Source of the DNA: a virus
Lineage: Duplodnaviria > Caudoviricetes
DNA length: 64,000 nt
Strand: one strand, 5' to 3'
Virus record (IMG/VR): IMGVR_UViG_3300031555_003626
Location: 128,001 to 192,000 of that record
Position 1 is the stretch's first letter, and every line of letters begins with the position of its first letter. This document shows, in pieces, positions 9,727 through 19,570 of this stretch. Under the pieces are notes generated by a model. That model was given only the letters and a program-made list of their open reading frames with translations. It was not told the origin of the DNA and made no database searches. The translations under genes and the position numbers were made by a program.

Positions 9727-9958
9727 AGACTGCAAATATTTTATGGGCATGGGAGACTGGAACCTTTGTTGCTCAAATCCGCCCGCGAGAGCAAAAGATA
9801 GCTGGTGTGGCTTCTTGTGCTATGAAGATACGGAAGCTTGTGAAAACTTTAAGGAAAAAGGTCAAGCAGAAAAGTTTACTGAACAGGTACTGGTAGGGAA
9901 GCTTCCGTCTATCGATGAAGTTAAAGATTTTGGAATTCAATATGTGGAGCGAGGATAA
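9713..9958 (+). CDS. Small Cys-rich hypothetical protein
   Basis: GGAG RBS; MKTCKDCKYF. Confidence 0.65.
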   Translation: MKTCKDCKYFMGMGDWNLCCSNPPARAKDSWCGFLCYEDTEACENFKEKGQAEKFTEQVLVGKLPSIDEVKDFGIQYVERG

Positions 9959-9961
9959 ATA

Positions 9962-10363
9962 ATGACTGAAAATTTTTCACCTGAATTAATAAATGAATGT
10001 GCTAAGGACCTTTGCTTTTATGGTGATAAATGCGAATGCAGATGCACGGAAAGAAATTGTGAAACATCGTGGCTGGCTGAGAATCTTCTTAGAGCTGGTT
10101 GGGTAAAACCGCCGGCTTATATCGGAATGAAGGTTTGGGTGCCGCATGTCTGGATGTTTAAAGAGGTTATGACCGACCTTAGAGAAGGCCACGTTTCCGG
10201 CTTACAGCAGAAGGCAGATAAGTCTTGGAAAATTAGAGTGACTCGGAACGGCTCTGTGGCTGACTATACGGTCGAGGAATTTAACAAATACTGTTTCTTT
10301 AATAAAGAGGATGCTGAGAATTATATTGAAGAAAAAGTAAAGGAGTACGCTAATGGCAATTAA
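9962..10363 (+). CDS. Hypothetical protein
   Basis: GAGG RBS; PP.IG.KVW module. Confidence 0.7.
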   Translation: MTENFSPELINECAKDLCFYGDKCECRCTERNCETSWLAENLLRAGWVKPPAYIGMKVWVPHVWMFKEVMTDLREGHVSGLQQKADKSWKIRVTRNGSVADYTVEEFNKYCFFNKEDAENYIEEKVKEYANGN

Positions 10364-10565
10364 TGACGGATTTGAAAAGCTTGTAAAGCTTCCTGAGGTT
10401 TGTAATGGTACTGACTATGAACTTAGCGAGCTTGCCGCGATTGCTTGGGAAAAGGTAAGTGAGGAGTCTGCTCTCGGAGTTAGTGCTATCACTTATATTG
10501 ACCCTGATGACACTATCGTCAAGAAGGTCTGGCACGACGGCATGACCGAATATTATTATACTTAA
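10353..10565 (+). CDS. Hypothetical protein
   Basis: AAGGAG RBS. Confidence 0.7.
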   Translation: MAINDGFEKLVKLPEVCNGTDYELSELAAIAWEKVSEESALGVSAITYIDPDDTIVKKVWHDGMTEYYYT

Positions 10566-10575
10566 GGAGGTTTAT

Positions 10576-10911
10576 ATGACTTTTAAAGAACGAATGACTG
10601 AGAAAGCAAATAAGTATGATACTAATGATAAAATAAAAGAACATATCGATAATATAAAAAATAAGATCGAGACGTTTTATCACAAAAGAAGCCTTACAGT
10701 AACTTTAATTGATGCTCATACGACTGTGGCTATCGGCGGAGGTAATTCGAATCGTTATGACCTGTTTGTTCCGGGTTGGATTAAGCCTCTGGAATATCAG
10801 CAGCTGTTTGTAGATGCCTTTAATGAGATTGGCTTTACAGATAAGGACATGGAGTTTGTCTTTGTGCCGGGTAAATCGTTCGATGAATATAATATTATTT
10901 TAAAGTGGTGA
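10576..10911 (+). CDS. Hypothetical protein
   Basis: AAGGAGG RBS. Confidence 0.75.
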   Translation: MTFKERMTEKANKYDTNDKIKEHIDNIKNKIETFYHKRSLTVTLIDAHTTVAIGGGNSNRYDLFVPGWIKPLEYQQLFVDAFNEIGFTDKDMEFVFVPGKSFDEYNIILKW

Positions 10912-10915
10912 AGAT

Positions 10916-11272
10916 ATGACTAATAAAAAAAGACTTACTCAGTTAATTTGTGAAAGCTATCAGACAGACGAGTGTATAGCTCATTGTAATTATGGTCCGT
11001 GCTGTACTTGCGAGCGTATTACCAATTATTTAGAGGCGAACGGTTGTATAGTATCGCCTTGGAAAATTGGCGATACCGTCTACTATATTACAAAGGACTA
11101 CAAAATCGATACAGATACCGTAATTAGACTTACTATTACTTCAACAGGGATTAATCCTATATTAAAGCGTCACAATCGAGGTTTTTGGAAACATTATAAA
11201 GGACGTTGGTTTAAGACTTTGTTTGAAGCAGAAGATTACTTGGAAGAATTAAAGGAGTGGATAGAAGGCTAA
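10916..11272 (+). CDS. Hypothetical protein
   Basis: PWKIGDTVYY module. Confidence 0.7.
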   Translation: MTNKKRLTQLICESYQTDECIAHCNYGPCCTCERITNYLEANGCIVSPWKIGDTVYYITKDYKIDTDTVIRLTITSTGINPILKRHNRGFWKHYKGRWFKTLFEAEDYLEELKEWIEG

Positions 11273-11670
11273 TGAGACTCGTTGATGCGGACATGCTTTT
11301 AAAACATAAACAATCTTATGAACTTCCAGACCCTAACGGTGGAGATTATCATATAGATGCAATTAATGCCTACTATGTTATTAATGCACCTACAGTAGAA
11401 ACAGCTGTAGTTCCACCTGTAGACGTGGGCGATAAAGTTTGGTATATCCATGGTGGCTATTATAATTCAGCTCGTCAGGAACCCCGCGAGATAGAGGTTA
11501 CCGAGATTAATAAAAAGAAGAGTGGTAAAACTATTGACTGGGCGTTTGTTGCTAATAGTACGAGATATAAGTTTTCCAGTATTGGTAAGACAGTATTTCT
11601 CACAAAAGAAGATTGTTTGGCAGCGATTAATAACAAAAAAGCTAAAAATTACAAACAGCATATCGTATAA
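11272..11670 (+). CDS. Hypothetical protein
   Basis: MRLVDAD...NAPTV plus VGDKVW...VFLTKE modules. Confidence 0.7.
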   Translation: MRLVDADMLLKHKQSYELPDPNGGDYHIDAINAYYVINAPTVETAVVPPVDVGDKVWYIHGGYYNSARQEPREIEVTEINKKKSGKTIDWAFVANSTRYKFSSIGKTVFLTKEDCLAAINNKKAKNYKQHIV

Positions 11671-11706
11671 TAAAATATAAACAAAATTTTACTAAGGAGA
11701 AAACAA

Positions 11707-12063
11707 ATGAATATTTTTGGACTTACTATTACTACTAAGAAAAAGCAGCTTGCACGTATCGCAAAGCACGATGAGGAGGTTCAGGAGCTTAAGAATATGA
11801 TTATTGAGCTTAATGAAGAGCTTTATGATATGGTAGATGCTTTCCCTTTTTATATGGGTCAGGTCGTTTACGACGTAGCTCTTAAGAACGCGCAGGGTAG
11901 ATATACTAAGACTAAGCCTTCTCGTGAGCACTGCACCATCACTGAAGTAGAGGTAAACGAGAAGAACTACTTCGGCCTTAAGAAGCGTCTTGAGAACAAT
12001 GACGTCTTTTATGAGCATGAGGAAGCAGTAGAGTATCTTGATTCGGTTTGCAAAAATGTATAA
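11707..12063 (+). CDS. Hypothetical protein
   Basis: Promoter motif and AAGGAG RBS. Confidence 0.75.
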   Translation: MNIFGLTITTKKKQLARIAKHDEEVQELKNMIIELNEELYDMVDAFPFYMGQVVYDVALKNAQGRYTKTKPSREHCTITEVEVNEKNYFGLKKRLENNDVFYEHEEAVEYLDSVCKNV

Positions 12064-13111
12064 GCTTTTAGATAATATAATGCTCGTCTGCAGAGATGAA
12101 TGTCACCGTAAAAGTACAGATGCTCTGCAGGCGTATCTTGTAGACCCTTCTAATAAGAGTCAGCTTAAGTCAGCGAGAACTTGGGCTACTTGGACTGAGT
12201 ACGGCAATTATGTTAAAACTGAATCAGGTAAGTGGGAGTATGAGTGGACTGAGAAACATGAGCCGCTTGAATATACTTTCGGCAATCAGCATTTTAGACT
12301 AGAGCTTCTTGATTGTGCTGGCGGAAGCTCTCAGGGTGGCAAACTCAGTTTCTGGAATTGCATTGTATCAAAAGATGACCAGAGATTTAAGATTGGTATT
12401 AATTCTGAGATGCTTCTTGAACTTTTGAAGAATGCGACTTTTGTTAAGGGAGTTTGTCAGGACGACCTGCTTTTCGTGACTGATAACGGAAGAGTCGGTA
12501 TGTGTGCCGAGGGCTCTCAGGTTCATAGAGACGCTATTAAAGATATGGAAATTAAGGCAGAGTCCAAAAAGAATGCTGTTTCTAAGTTTTCTTTTGGAGA
12601 CATTATTACAACGCCGACATTAAGAGAAGTATATCTTGGTACAGTTACTCAGTATTATACTTTTGACCCAGGCAATAATGATCAGTATAATTATTCACAT
12701 ATGCATTATCGTGATTGTACAATTACTAAGTTAGCTAAGCCTATTACTTGTCATGTCTTTGATAGTATCTATGGAGCAAAAACTAAGGTATCAGACTTTC
12801 TTAATGATTACGGAACTTCCCGCTGGTATTCATATCCTGATTTTAAGAAAACCTGTCCTAAGCGAGCTATTGATGGGAAGCTTGAGTTAGATTGCTCAGA
12901 GGAGTATTTTAAAGAAGAGCTAATAAAGAAAATTTATGATTATTCAGCTTTCGAAAAGTATGTTAATACATCATATTTGCGACCAGATGATAGAGTACTA
13001 TATTACTTCTTAGACAAAGAGACGTTTGGCTTTGGTTTTGAGCCTTTCGAAATTCCTGAGGACATTATGGCTAAGATTAAGGCAGCCGGTATTAGATATA
13101 TAGAAGAATAA
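12056..13111 (+). CDS. Hypothetical phage protein (351 aa)
   Basis: Long co-oriented ORF; SSQGGK motif. Confidence 0.8.
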   Translation: MYKLLDNIMLVCRDECHRKSTDALQAYLVDPSNKSQLKSARTWATWTEYGNYVKTESGKWEYEWTEKHEPLEYTFGNQHFRLELLDCAGGSSQGGKLSFWNCIVSKDDQRFKIGINSEMLLELLKNATFVKGVCQDDLLFVTDNGRVGMCAEGSQVHRDAIKDMEIKAESKKNAVSKFSFGDIITTPTLREVYLGTVTQYYTFDPGNNDQYNYSHMHYRDCTITKLAKPITCHVFDSIYGAKTKVSDFLNDYGTSRWYSYPDFKKTCPKRAIDGKLELDCSEEYFKEELIKKIYDYSAFEKYVNTSYLRPDDRVLYYFLDKETFGFGFEPFEIPEDIMAKIKAAGIRYIEE

Positions 13112-13133
13112 ATAATATAAAGGAGATTTAATT

Positions 13134-13256
13134 ATGAACATTAATGAACTTAAGATTGTAAATCGTATTGAACTTCTCAAGTCACGTAAGGCCGAGAATG
13201 GAAGAATCATTAAGAAGCAAGAAAGAAAACTTGCAAAAGTTAGAGGCGAGAGATAA
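13134..13256 (+). CDS. Small basic protein (40 aa, not in track)
   Basis: AAGGAG RBS; NRIELLKSR...N..IIKK.ERKL. Confidence 0.65.
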   Translation: MNINELKIVNRIELLKSRKAENGRIIKKQERKLAKVRGER

Positions 13257-13906
13257 TGATTAGTACACAACGTTTACGTAAAATACTTGGGTGGCTTGGA
13301 GCCTTACTTCCTTTAATAGTACTTTGTTTAGCCCTTATTTTTGGTTATGGCTTCCCGGATTCAATTTCGGCTACTTATTACCTTGACCCTTGTATTACAC
13401 CGTTTATGATTATCCTTGGCGCTGCTGGCATACTGTTAATTAGCTATATGGGTTATGATAGACAGGATGATATTATTTGTACTATTGCAGGTAGCCTTGC
13501 TCTTGGTATTTGTTTATTTCCATGCGCTCTAAATGGTTTAGTCTTGAGATGGCCTGAATTAGCAGAATTAACTCGAGTAGGTACTTTTCAGATTATTCCA
13601 GCTGTTAGTGGTATTATACATAATATTTGTGCTATCGGCTTCTTTGCGTTGCTTGCGTATAATTCGATATTTTTATTTACAAAAACCAGCGGTAATATGA
13701 CTGAGAATAAGAAGAAAAGAAATATTATTTTCTGTATATGCGGAATTGGAATGATTGCTTCCTTTCTTGCTATTATACCGATAAGTATTTTTGAAATTTG
13801 GGGTGGCGTTTGGATAGTTGAGGCTATTGCTCTCGCTTTCTTTGGTGTTTCTTGGCTCACTAAAGCAGGTTGTTATCCCTGGTTGTTTGCCGATAAGAAA
13901 AATTAA
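13256..13906 (+). CDS. Multi-pass membrane protein (DUF998-like)
   Basis: About 6 TM segments; SISATYY, IHNICA..FF, VEAIAL. Confidence 0.65.
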   Translation: MISTQRLRKILGWLGALLPLIVLCLALIFGYGFPDSISATYYLDPCITPFMIILGAAGILLISYMGYDRQDDIICTIAGSLALGICLFPCALNGLVLRWPELAELTRVGTFQIIPAVSGIIHNICAIGFFALLAYNSIFLFTKTSGNMTENKKKRNIIFCICGIGMIASFLAIIPISIFEIWGGVWIVEAIALAFFGVSWLTKAGCYPWLFADKKN

Positions 13907-13983
13907 ATAAAATAATAAAATAGCTTCCACTGGTATCGTATAATATATCAGTGGAATTTTTATTTATACAAAGGAGAAAAGCT

Positions 13984-14379
13984 ATGGCACTTGATATTGA
14001 TGAGATCAGAGTTAATTATAATAAGGGAGTATATACTTATAAAGCAGATATTCCTAAAAAAGTAAAGCCTGATCATGTATTTGATGAGGAACTCTCTGTT
14101 AAGCGCAATCGTGAGCTCGCACAGGAACATAACGACAATGTTGACAGGCTGTGGCGAGATAAGAATAGAATTCAGAGAGAACTCGATGAACGACTTACTT
14201 ACGATGTAGTTGTTTATATGATGTCATATTATGATCTCACTGAGCGACAGGCAAAAATTGTTGAGAATTTTGTTTATCAGCACTATCATTCTTCTATGAG
14301 TGACTATTTCGGCTATATTGATACTTTTGCTGATTTTGCTTTTATGCTTGTTGAACCAAAGGAGGAAACAAATGACTGA
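13984..14379 (+). CDS. Hypothetical protein
   Basis: AAGGAG RBS before ATG 13984. Confidence 0.75.
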   Translation: MALDIDEIRVNYNKGVYTYKADIPKKVKPDHVFDEELSVKRNRELAQEHNDNVDRLWRDKNRIQRELDERLTYDVVVYMMSYYDLTERQAKIVENFVYQHYHSSMSDYFGYIDTFADFAFMLVEPKEETND

Positions 14380-15397
14380 CTTTAAAGAGATCCTTAAAAC
14401 ACCTGAGTATGAGTTTTTAAAGACAAATCCTCATCTCGGCAAGAATATTATTCTTCTTGGTCTTGGTGGTTCGCACGCTTATGGAACTAACGTAGAAGGC
14501 TCTGATGTTGATATTAGAGGTGTTGCGCTTAATTCTAAGGCTGAAATTCTTGGCGCAGCTAACTTTGAGCAAGTAGTTAACGAAGCTACAGATACTACTG
14601 TTTATTCAATTAGAAAGATTGTTAGTTTGCTTTCTTCTTGTAATCCTAATACTATTGAGCTGTTAGGTTTGAAGCCCGAGCATTATCTTTATTTATCGTC
14701 GGGCGGTCAGGAGCTACTTGATAATAAGAAACTTTTCCTTTCAAAGAGAGCTAAGTATTCTTTCGGTGGTTATGCTTTCGCACAGCTGAGAAGACTTGAT
14801 AATAAGGCAGCGCGGACAATCGCGCAGGCAGAAAGAGAGCAGCATATTCTTAATAGTATCACGACAGCTACCTATACTTGGCCTGAGAAATATGGCTGCT
14901 TTAAAGACGGTGAAGGAATAAAGCTTTATCTTGATAACTCTGCACAGGATGATATGGATAAAGAAATTTATATGGATATTAACTTGACTCACTATCCACT
15001 TCGAGACTATAAGGCAATGTGGTCAGATATGAAGAATATCGTTTCTGACTATGATAAAATTGGACACCGAAATCAGAATGCTATCGAGCGAGGAAAGCTT
15101 GGAAAACACATGATGCATCTCGTAAGACTTTACTTGATGTGCATTGATATTCTTGAGAAAGAAGAAATTAACACTTACCGTGAGAAAGACATTCCTTTTC
15201 TTATGGATATTCGTAACGGTAAATTCCTAGATGCAGAGTCGCAGCCACTCCCCGAATTCTATGAAATGGTAAGTGACTATGAGAAGCGTCTTGATTATGC
15301 TGCTGAAAATACGAGTCTGCCCGAGAAGCCGGACTATAATGCAATTAATGAATTTCTTATGAGTGTTAACGAAAGAGTTGTTAAAGATTTAATTTAA
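14372..15397 (+). CDS. Pol-beta superfamily nucleotidyltransferase (RlaP/YcgL-like)
   Basis: GSHAYG...SDVDIRGV, NPN.IELL, KHMMHLVRL; directly upstream of an RNA ligase. Confidence 0.8.
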   Translation: MTDFKEILKTPEYEFLKTNPHLGKNIILLGLGGSHAYGTNVEGSDVDIRGVALNSKAEILGAANFEQVVNEATDTTVYSIRKIVSLLSSCNPNTIELLGLKPEHYLYLSSGGQELLDNKKLFLSKRAKYSFGGYAFAQLRRLDNKAARTIAQAEREQHILNSITTATYTWPEKYGCFKDGEGIKLYLDNSAQDDMDKEIYMDINLTHYPLRDYKAMWSDMKNIVSDYDKIGHRNQNAIERGKLGKHMMHLVRLYLMCIDILEKEEINTYREKDIPFLMDIRNGKFLDAESQPLPEFYEMVSDYEKRLDYAAENTSLPEKPDYNAINEFLMSVNERVVKDLI

Positions 15398-15411
15398 AGG
15401 AGAAAAATAAA

Positions 15412-16041
15412 ATGATTGAATACAATAAGATTGATACTCTTTACAAGAGAGATATGGAAGGAACTAAGAAGCTTCTCGAGGGTGAGTTTAGAAATCCTAC
15501 AGTAGAGTTTCTTAAGGATAATATTTGGACTTTTACCGAGAAGATTGACGGAACCAATATATCCGTTTGTTGGGATGGACATACTATTACATTTAACGGC
15601 AGAACAGAAAGAGCTGAGATTCCTACACATCTTCTTAACTACCTTATGGCTACTTTTAAGACAAATGAGGCTGAACAGATTTTTGAGGAGAAGTTTGGTG
15701 AGACGCCGGTAATTCTTTTTGGTGAGGGCTATGGTCCTAAGATTCAGAACGGTGGAAACTACAGAGCTGACGTAAGCTTTATTATGTTTGACGTTCTTAT
15801 TGCAGGCAACTACCAGCCTAGAGAATCCGTAGAAGATATCGCAAAGGCATTTGGTATTGATATCGTGCCTATTATCTTCGAGGGAACTATTCAGGAAGGC
15901 GTAAACTTTGTAAAGGGTCATCCTGATTCTACTATGGGTACCGCAAAAATGGAGGGTCTCGTTGGTCGTCCTAAGATAGAGATGCGCGACCGTTGTGGTA
16001 AGCGAGTTATTGTTAAGATTAAGTGGGAAGACTTTAAGTAA
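15412..16041 (+). CDS. RNA ligase, Rnl2-like adenylation domain
   Basis: TEKIDGTN, FGEGYG..IQ, FDV, VP, EGLV, KIK. Confidence 0.8.
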   Translation: MIEYNKIDTLYKRDMEGTKKLLEGEFRNPTVEFLKDNIWTFTEKIDGTNISVCWDGHTITFNGRTERAEIPTHLLNYLMATFKTNEAEQIFEEKFGETPVILFGEGYGPKIQNGGNYRADVSFIMFDVLIAGNYQPRESVEDIAKAFGIDIVPIIFEGTIQEGVNFVKGHPDSTMGTAKMEGLVGRPKIEMRDRCGKRVIVKIKWEDFK

Positions 16042-16055
16042 AATTGTACATAATT

Positions 16056-16090
16056 GAGCGCGGTATATATTGCTGCGCTCTTTTCTTTTT
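16056..16090 (+). terminator. Rho-independent terminator
   Basis: gagcgcggta / tgctgcgctc stem plus T tract. Confidence 0.65.
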
Positions 16091-16147
16091 AATTTTACTT
16101 ATCAATATTGTATAATATTATTTACACTTAAAATACGGAGGTAGTTA

Positions 16148-16852
16148 ATGTTAAAACGACATATTAATTTATTTATTAAATTATTTTTAATTATGGTATT
16201 GATTTTACTCTTTTGGTTTATTTTAAGCCAAGGTGAAGCAGAGTCAGTTGACACTTATGTAGAGAAACCGATTAAGACTGAGATAACTTTAATAGAACCT
16301 ACTTCTACGCCAAAGCCTACCCCTACACCAAAACCGACTCCCGTGCTCACACCCACTCCGAAGCCTACTGAGTTGGAGAATAACTACTTAGATAAAATTA
16401 AACAGTGGGAAGAAGAGCATTATTATGCAACAAAAGTCTGGGAGTTTCTCAGACAAGAGGGTTTTAGTCAAGAAATTACCTGTGCGATTATTGGTAATAT
16501 GATGATTGAGACTTCAGGCGGCTCTTTAGATCTTAAACCAAATATTTATAGCTCAGATGGAGAGTACTATGGCCTATGTCAGTGGGCTAAAGAATTTTAT
16601 CCTGAAGCACATGGGCTTTCTTTTGAACAACAATTAGACTTTTTACTTGAGACTATTGTTTGGGAAATTAATACTTTTGGTAAAGACTATAGAGCAGGAT
16701 TTAGCTATGAGGATTTCTTAGCTATGAGAGATCCTGCTGAAGCTGCACTTGCTTTTGCTAAATCTTATGAAAGATGTAGGCCAGCTAGCTATGAGCTGCG
16801 TCAAGAAGCCGCGTTAAAAGCATATGAATACTTTAATTTAGAGCGTCCTTAA
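16148..16852 (+). CDS. Membrane-anchored phage tail-type lysozyme (Phage_lysozyme2-like) cell-wall hydrolase
   Basis: N-terminal TM, PT-repeat linker, AIIGNMMIETS, GLCQW, QLDFL, FAKSYER. Confidence 0.7.
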   Translation: MLKRHINLFIKLFLIMVLILLFWFILSQGEAESVDTYVEKPIKTEITLIEPTSTPKPTPTPKPTPVLTPTPKPTELENNYLDKIKQWEEEHYYATKVWEFLRQEGFSQEITCAIIGNMMIETSGGSLDLKPNIYSSDGEYYGLCQWAKEFYPEAHGLSFEQQLDFLLETIVWEINTFGKDYRAGFSYEDFLAMRDPAEAALAFAKSYERCRPASYELRQEAALKAYEYFNLERP

Positions 16853-16907
16853 ATTGGGCGCTTTTATCGTATAATATTATATATAAATTTATTTGGAGGA
16901 TTATATT

Positions 16908-17255
16908 TTGATACATACTTCTTATTTTTCATCTCGTAAATATAAGCCTGAAGATGGGGTATCAGTAGCAAGATATTGCAAATTTTGGCGTGGCTCTACT
17001 TTTGAGGCCCTAGTACCAATTGAAGGGCTTCTATGGTGGTGGAAGCATCTTTCATTTGAAGAGCAAAACGAATCTCAACAATACTATGAGTATCTTTATC
17101 GAGAGCAGACCTTGAGTAAGTTAAATCCAGCAGAAGTTGCAATGATTCTTGAAGGCAAAACACTTTTGTGTTATGAGAAATCAGAAGATTTTTGTCATAG
17201 ACATATTATAGCTAAGTGGCTTAGAGAAGCCGGTTTTGAATGTGAGGAGCTCTAA
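16908..17255 (+). CDS. DUF488-like protein
   Basis: IHTSYF, LLCYEK..FCHRHI...WL; TTG start after GGAGG. Confidence 0.7.
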   Translation: MIHTSYFSSRKYKPEDGVSVARYCKFWRGSTFEALVPIEGLLWWWKHLSFEEQNESQQYYEYLYREQTLSKLNPAEVAMILEGKTLLCYEKSEDFCHRHIIAKWLREAGFECEEL

Positions 17256-17653
17256 TGAAACGGAAAGCAATACCTAAGAAAGTACGCGAGGCAGTTTATA
17301 ATAAATATGATGGACACTGCGCTTACTGCGGAAAAGAGCTTGGCCCAAAAGACTGGCAGTTAGATCATCTTATTCCTGTTCAGCGAGAACGCTTTAAGCG
17401 ATACTCTGAGGAAGAAATTGAGTGCTTTGAAAACTATGTTCCAGCTTGCCGGCGCTGTAATCACTATAAACGAGCGCATTCTTTAGAAGTATTTAGAAGG
17501 TATATTGAAGAGATTCCGGCAAAGCTTTATAGAGATAATTACATATATAAAGTTGGGCTAGACTACGGCTTAGTTGAGGCTCACGAACGTAAGATTAAGT
17601 TTTATTTTGAGGAGTATGAAGAACGTGAAAAACAAAAAGAAAATATCACTTAA
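17255..17653 (+). CDS. HNH endonuclease
   Basis: CAYCG...DHLIP...N..PACRRCN..K. Confidence 0.85.
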   Translation: MKRKAIPKKVREAVYNKYDGHCAYCGKELGPKDWQLDHLIPVQRERFKRYSEEEIECFENYVPACRRCNHYKRAHSLEVFRRYIEEIPAKLYRDNYIYKVGLDYGLVEAHERKIKFYFEEYEEREKQKENIT

Positions 17654-17963
17654 AGAGTGGACTTACATAGGAAAGCTTAACCATGCAGCAAAGTGGTGTA
17701 GACCCTTATGTTCCTATACCTTAATTAAGCAGGATGAGAAAACTTTTATACGTGAACAAAAAATAAATTTATTTGCTTATCTTCTTATTTTTATTCCGAT
17801 ACACTTATTGCAAGCATTCGTCTGTATGTGGGACGGAGGTTTAAGAGAGTTCATAATTCTTAAACGTGGCCTTGGCAAAGATTTTTTAAATAAAGGAACT
17901 GCTTCTTTTGAGCGTGCAGAGCAGGTTTGGACTAAAGAAAAGGTAAATATTATCAAAGATTAA
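17616..17963 (+). CDS. Hypothetical protein
   Basis: GAGGAG RBS; one hydrophobic segment. Confidence 0.65.
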   Translation: MKNVKNKKKISLKEWTYIGKLNHAAKWCRPLCSYTLIKQDEKTFIREQKINLFAYLLIFIPIHLLQAFVCMWDGGLREFIILKRGLGKDFLNKGTASFERAEQVWTKEKVNIIKD

Positions 17964-17982
17964 AAATTGTTTGTAAAATAAC

Positions 17983-17995
17983 TGCTAAATTATTT
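17983..17995 (+). promoter_or_regulatory. Putative late promoter motif TGCTAAATTA
   Basis: Same motif at 34702, 40988, 48726, 52538, 60997 and 63073, mostly upstream of structural-type genes. Confidence 0.5.
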
Positions 17996-18028
17996 AGTAA
18001 AAACTCTTATTGAAAGGAGTTGCTAAGT

Positions 18029-18646
18029 ATGAATATGTTTCGTATTTTTATGGAACTTGATGAAGCTTATAATGACCGACAATTTCATATAGATGAGCTC
18101 AAAAAGGCCGGTAAAAATTATAACTTTAGTAAATATACTGATGCTCAACTTTACCGTATGTGGCAAAGACTTCAGCAGCCAAGAGTAGCAGTCAAAGAGC
18201 CTAAACATGATCTTGACCTTGATTTTGAGCCTGAGCAAGAGCATGATTGTTGTAATTTCTGTGGTATGAGACTAACTGATTTTGGTCAGTGTCCGGTATG
18301 CGACCTTGGGGAAGAAGACATTAATGAAGGCATCTTTGATAAGCCAACTATGAGTAGTTGGGTTTCTATGTCTAGTAAGCCCACTAATACTGTGCCTAAT
18401 AGTGTACAGTCTACCGCGGCAACGCAAACAGCTAATAATAACATACCAACAAATGGTAAATATGTAGTAAGAATTGTATCTCAAGGCGGTCGCCTAAGAG
18501 CTCTTGCTACAGATGGTACAAATCCTGCTGCTTGGGTAGCTTTTCCGAATGACTTAAGACAATATGAAGGTCAGATGTATGAAGTTGATCAGCTTATTTG
18601 GAATGGTAAGAATTATAGAGTTGCTGGAAATATAGTAGAAATATAA
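18029..18646 (+). CDS. Hypothetical protein, possible virion/internal head protein
   Basis: AAGGAG RBS; N-terminus F.ELD..Y shared with next gene; CxxC...CxxC. Confidence 0.75.
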   Translation: MNMFRIFMELDEAYNDRQFHIDELKKAGKNYNFSKYTDAQLYRMWQRLQQPRVAVKEPKHDLDLDFEPEQEHDCCNFCGMRLTDFGQCPVCDLGEEDINEGIFDKPTMSSWVSMSSKPTNTVPNSVQSTAATQTANNNIPTNGKYVVRIVSQGGRLRALATDGTNPAAWVAFPNDLRQYEGQMYEVDQLIWNGKNYRVAGNIVEI

Positions 18647-18698
18647 ATAATAATTAAAATAATAAAATAAATTTAAAATTACTAAGGAGATTTATAAA

Positions 18699-19472
18699 AT
18701 GTATAATTTTATTAGTACGTTTGAAGAGCTTGATAAACTTTATGAAGAGCTCGAGATTACTGAAAACTTTGACAATGACAACGGTGTCACTGCTTGGAGT
18801 AAGAATGTAATTGACTTATACACACAGGCTGCAGAGCAGCTAGGTCTATCTGATTACACAATGACGATGACTAGAGACGATAACGGCAAAGACATTGCAG
18901 TTATCACTGCGACAAAGAATGGTAAGAAGCTTTTTGCTGAAGAGCCTTCTATCGATGAGACTCACAACGTTAAGAACATAGAGGATGCCAAAGAGGTAAT
19001 TAAGTTCCTTTTCCCCGACCTTACTGAGTCTTGTAAGGAAGCACTCACTGAGGCCGCTGAAGATGAAGTTGTAGAGGAAGAGATTCCTGTTGATGAGGAA
19101 CCCGTGGAGGAGCCTGCTGCAGGGGATGAGCCCAGACAGCTTATCTGTGAGTGCGATAAGTGTGGTGCTCTTGTAATTAAGGCTGAGTCTGATATTATTG
19201 TTGATGAAGAGTCTAACCTTGTTAATGTTGAAGATGAGTGTCAGTTCTGTGAAGAAGCAAATGGTTACAAGATTATAGGCGTGATGATGCCTTACGAGGT
19301 AGCTGAAGAAGCACCTGTTGAAGAAACTCTAGCAGAAGATGAATTCGTTGAAGAGTCGATTAAGACAGAGTCTAAGGATGACGAGCTTGAGGAGATTTTT
19401 GACATTAAGCCTTCCGTAAATCTTAGCTTAGATGGTGGACAGGGCAATGACGTTTCTGTATTGGGTCACTAA
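18699..19472 (+). CDS. Very acidic hypothetical protein, possible internal head protein
   Basis: AAGGAG RBS; repeated (L/I)xE motifs; CxCxxC...CxxC. Confidence 0.75.
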   Translation: MYNFISTFEELDKLYEELEITENFDNDNGVTAWSKNVIDLYTQAAEQLGLSDYTMTMTRDDNGKDIAVITATKNGKKLFAEEPSIDETHNVKNIEDAKEVIKFLFPDLTESCKEALTEAAEDEVVEEEIPVDEEPVEEPAAGDEPRQLICECDKCGALVIKAESDIIVDEESNLVNVEDECQFCEEANGYKIIGVMMPYEVAEEAPVEETLAEDEFVEESIKTESKDDELEEIFDIKPSVNLSLDGGQGNDVSVLGH

Positions 19473-19570
19473 TATTAATTTTAAAAATAAAGGTTAGTAT
19501 AAAAGCTAGCCTTTATTTTTATACTTTTTATTGTATAATATATTATAACTATATAAAAAGGAGAATTATT

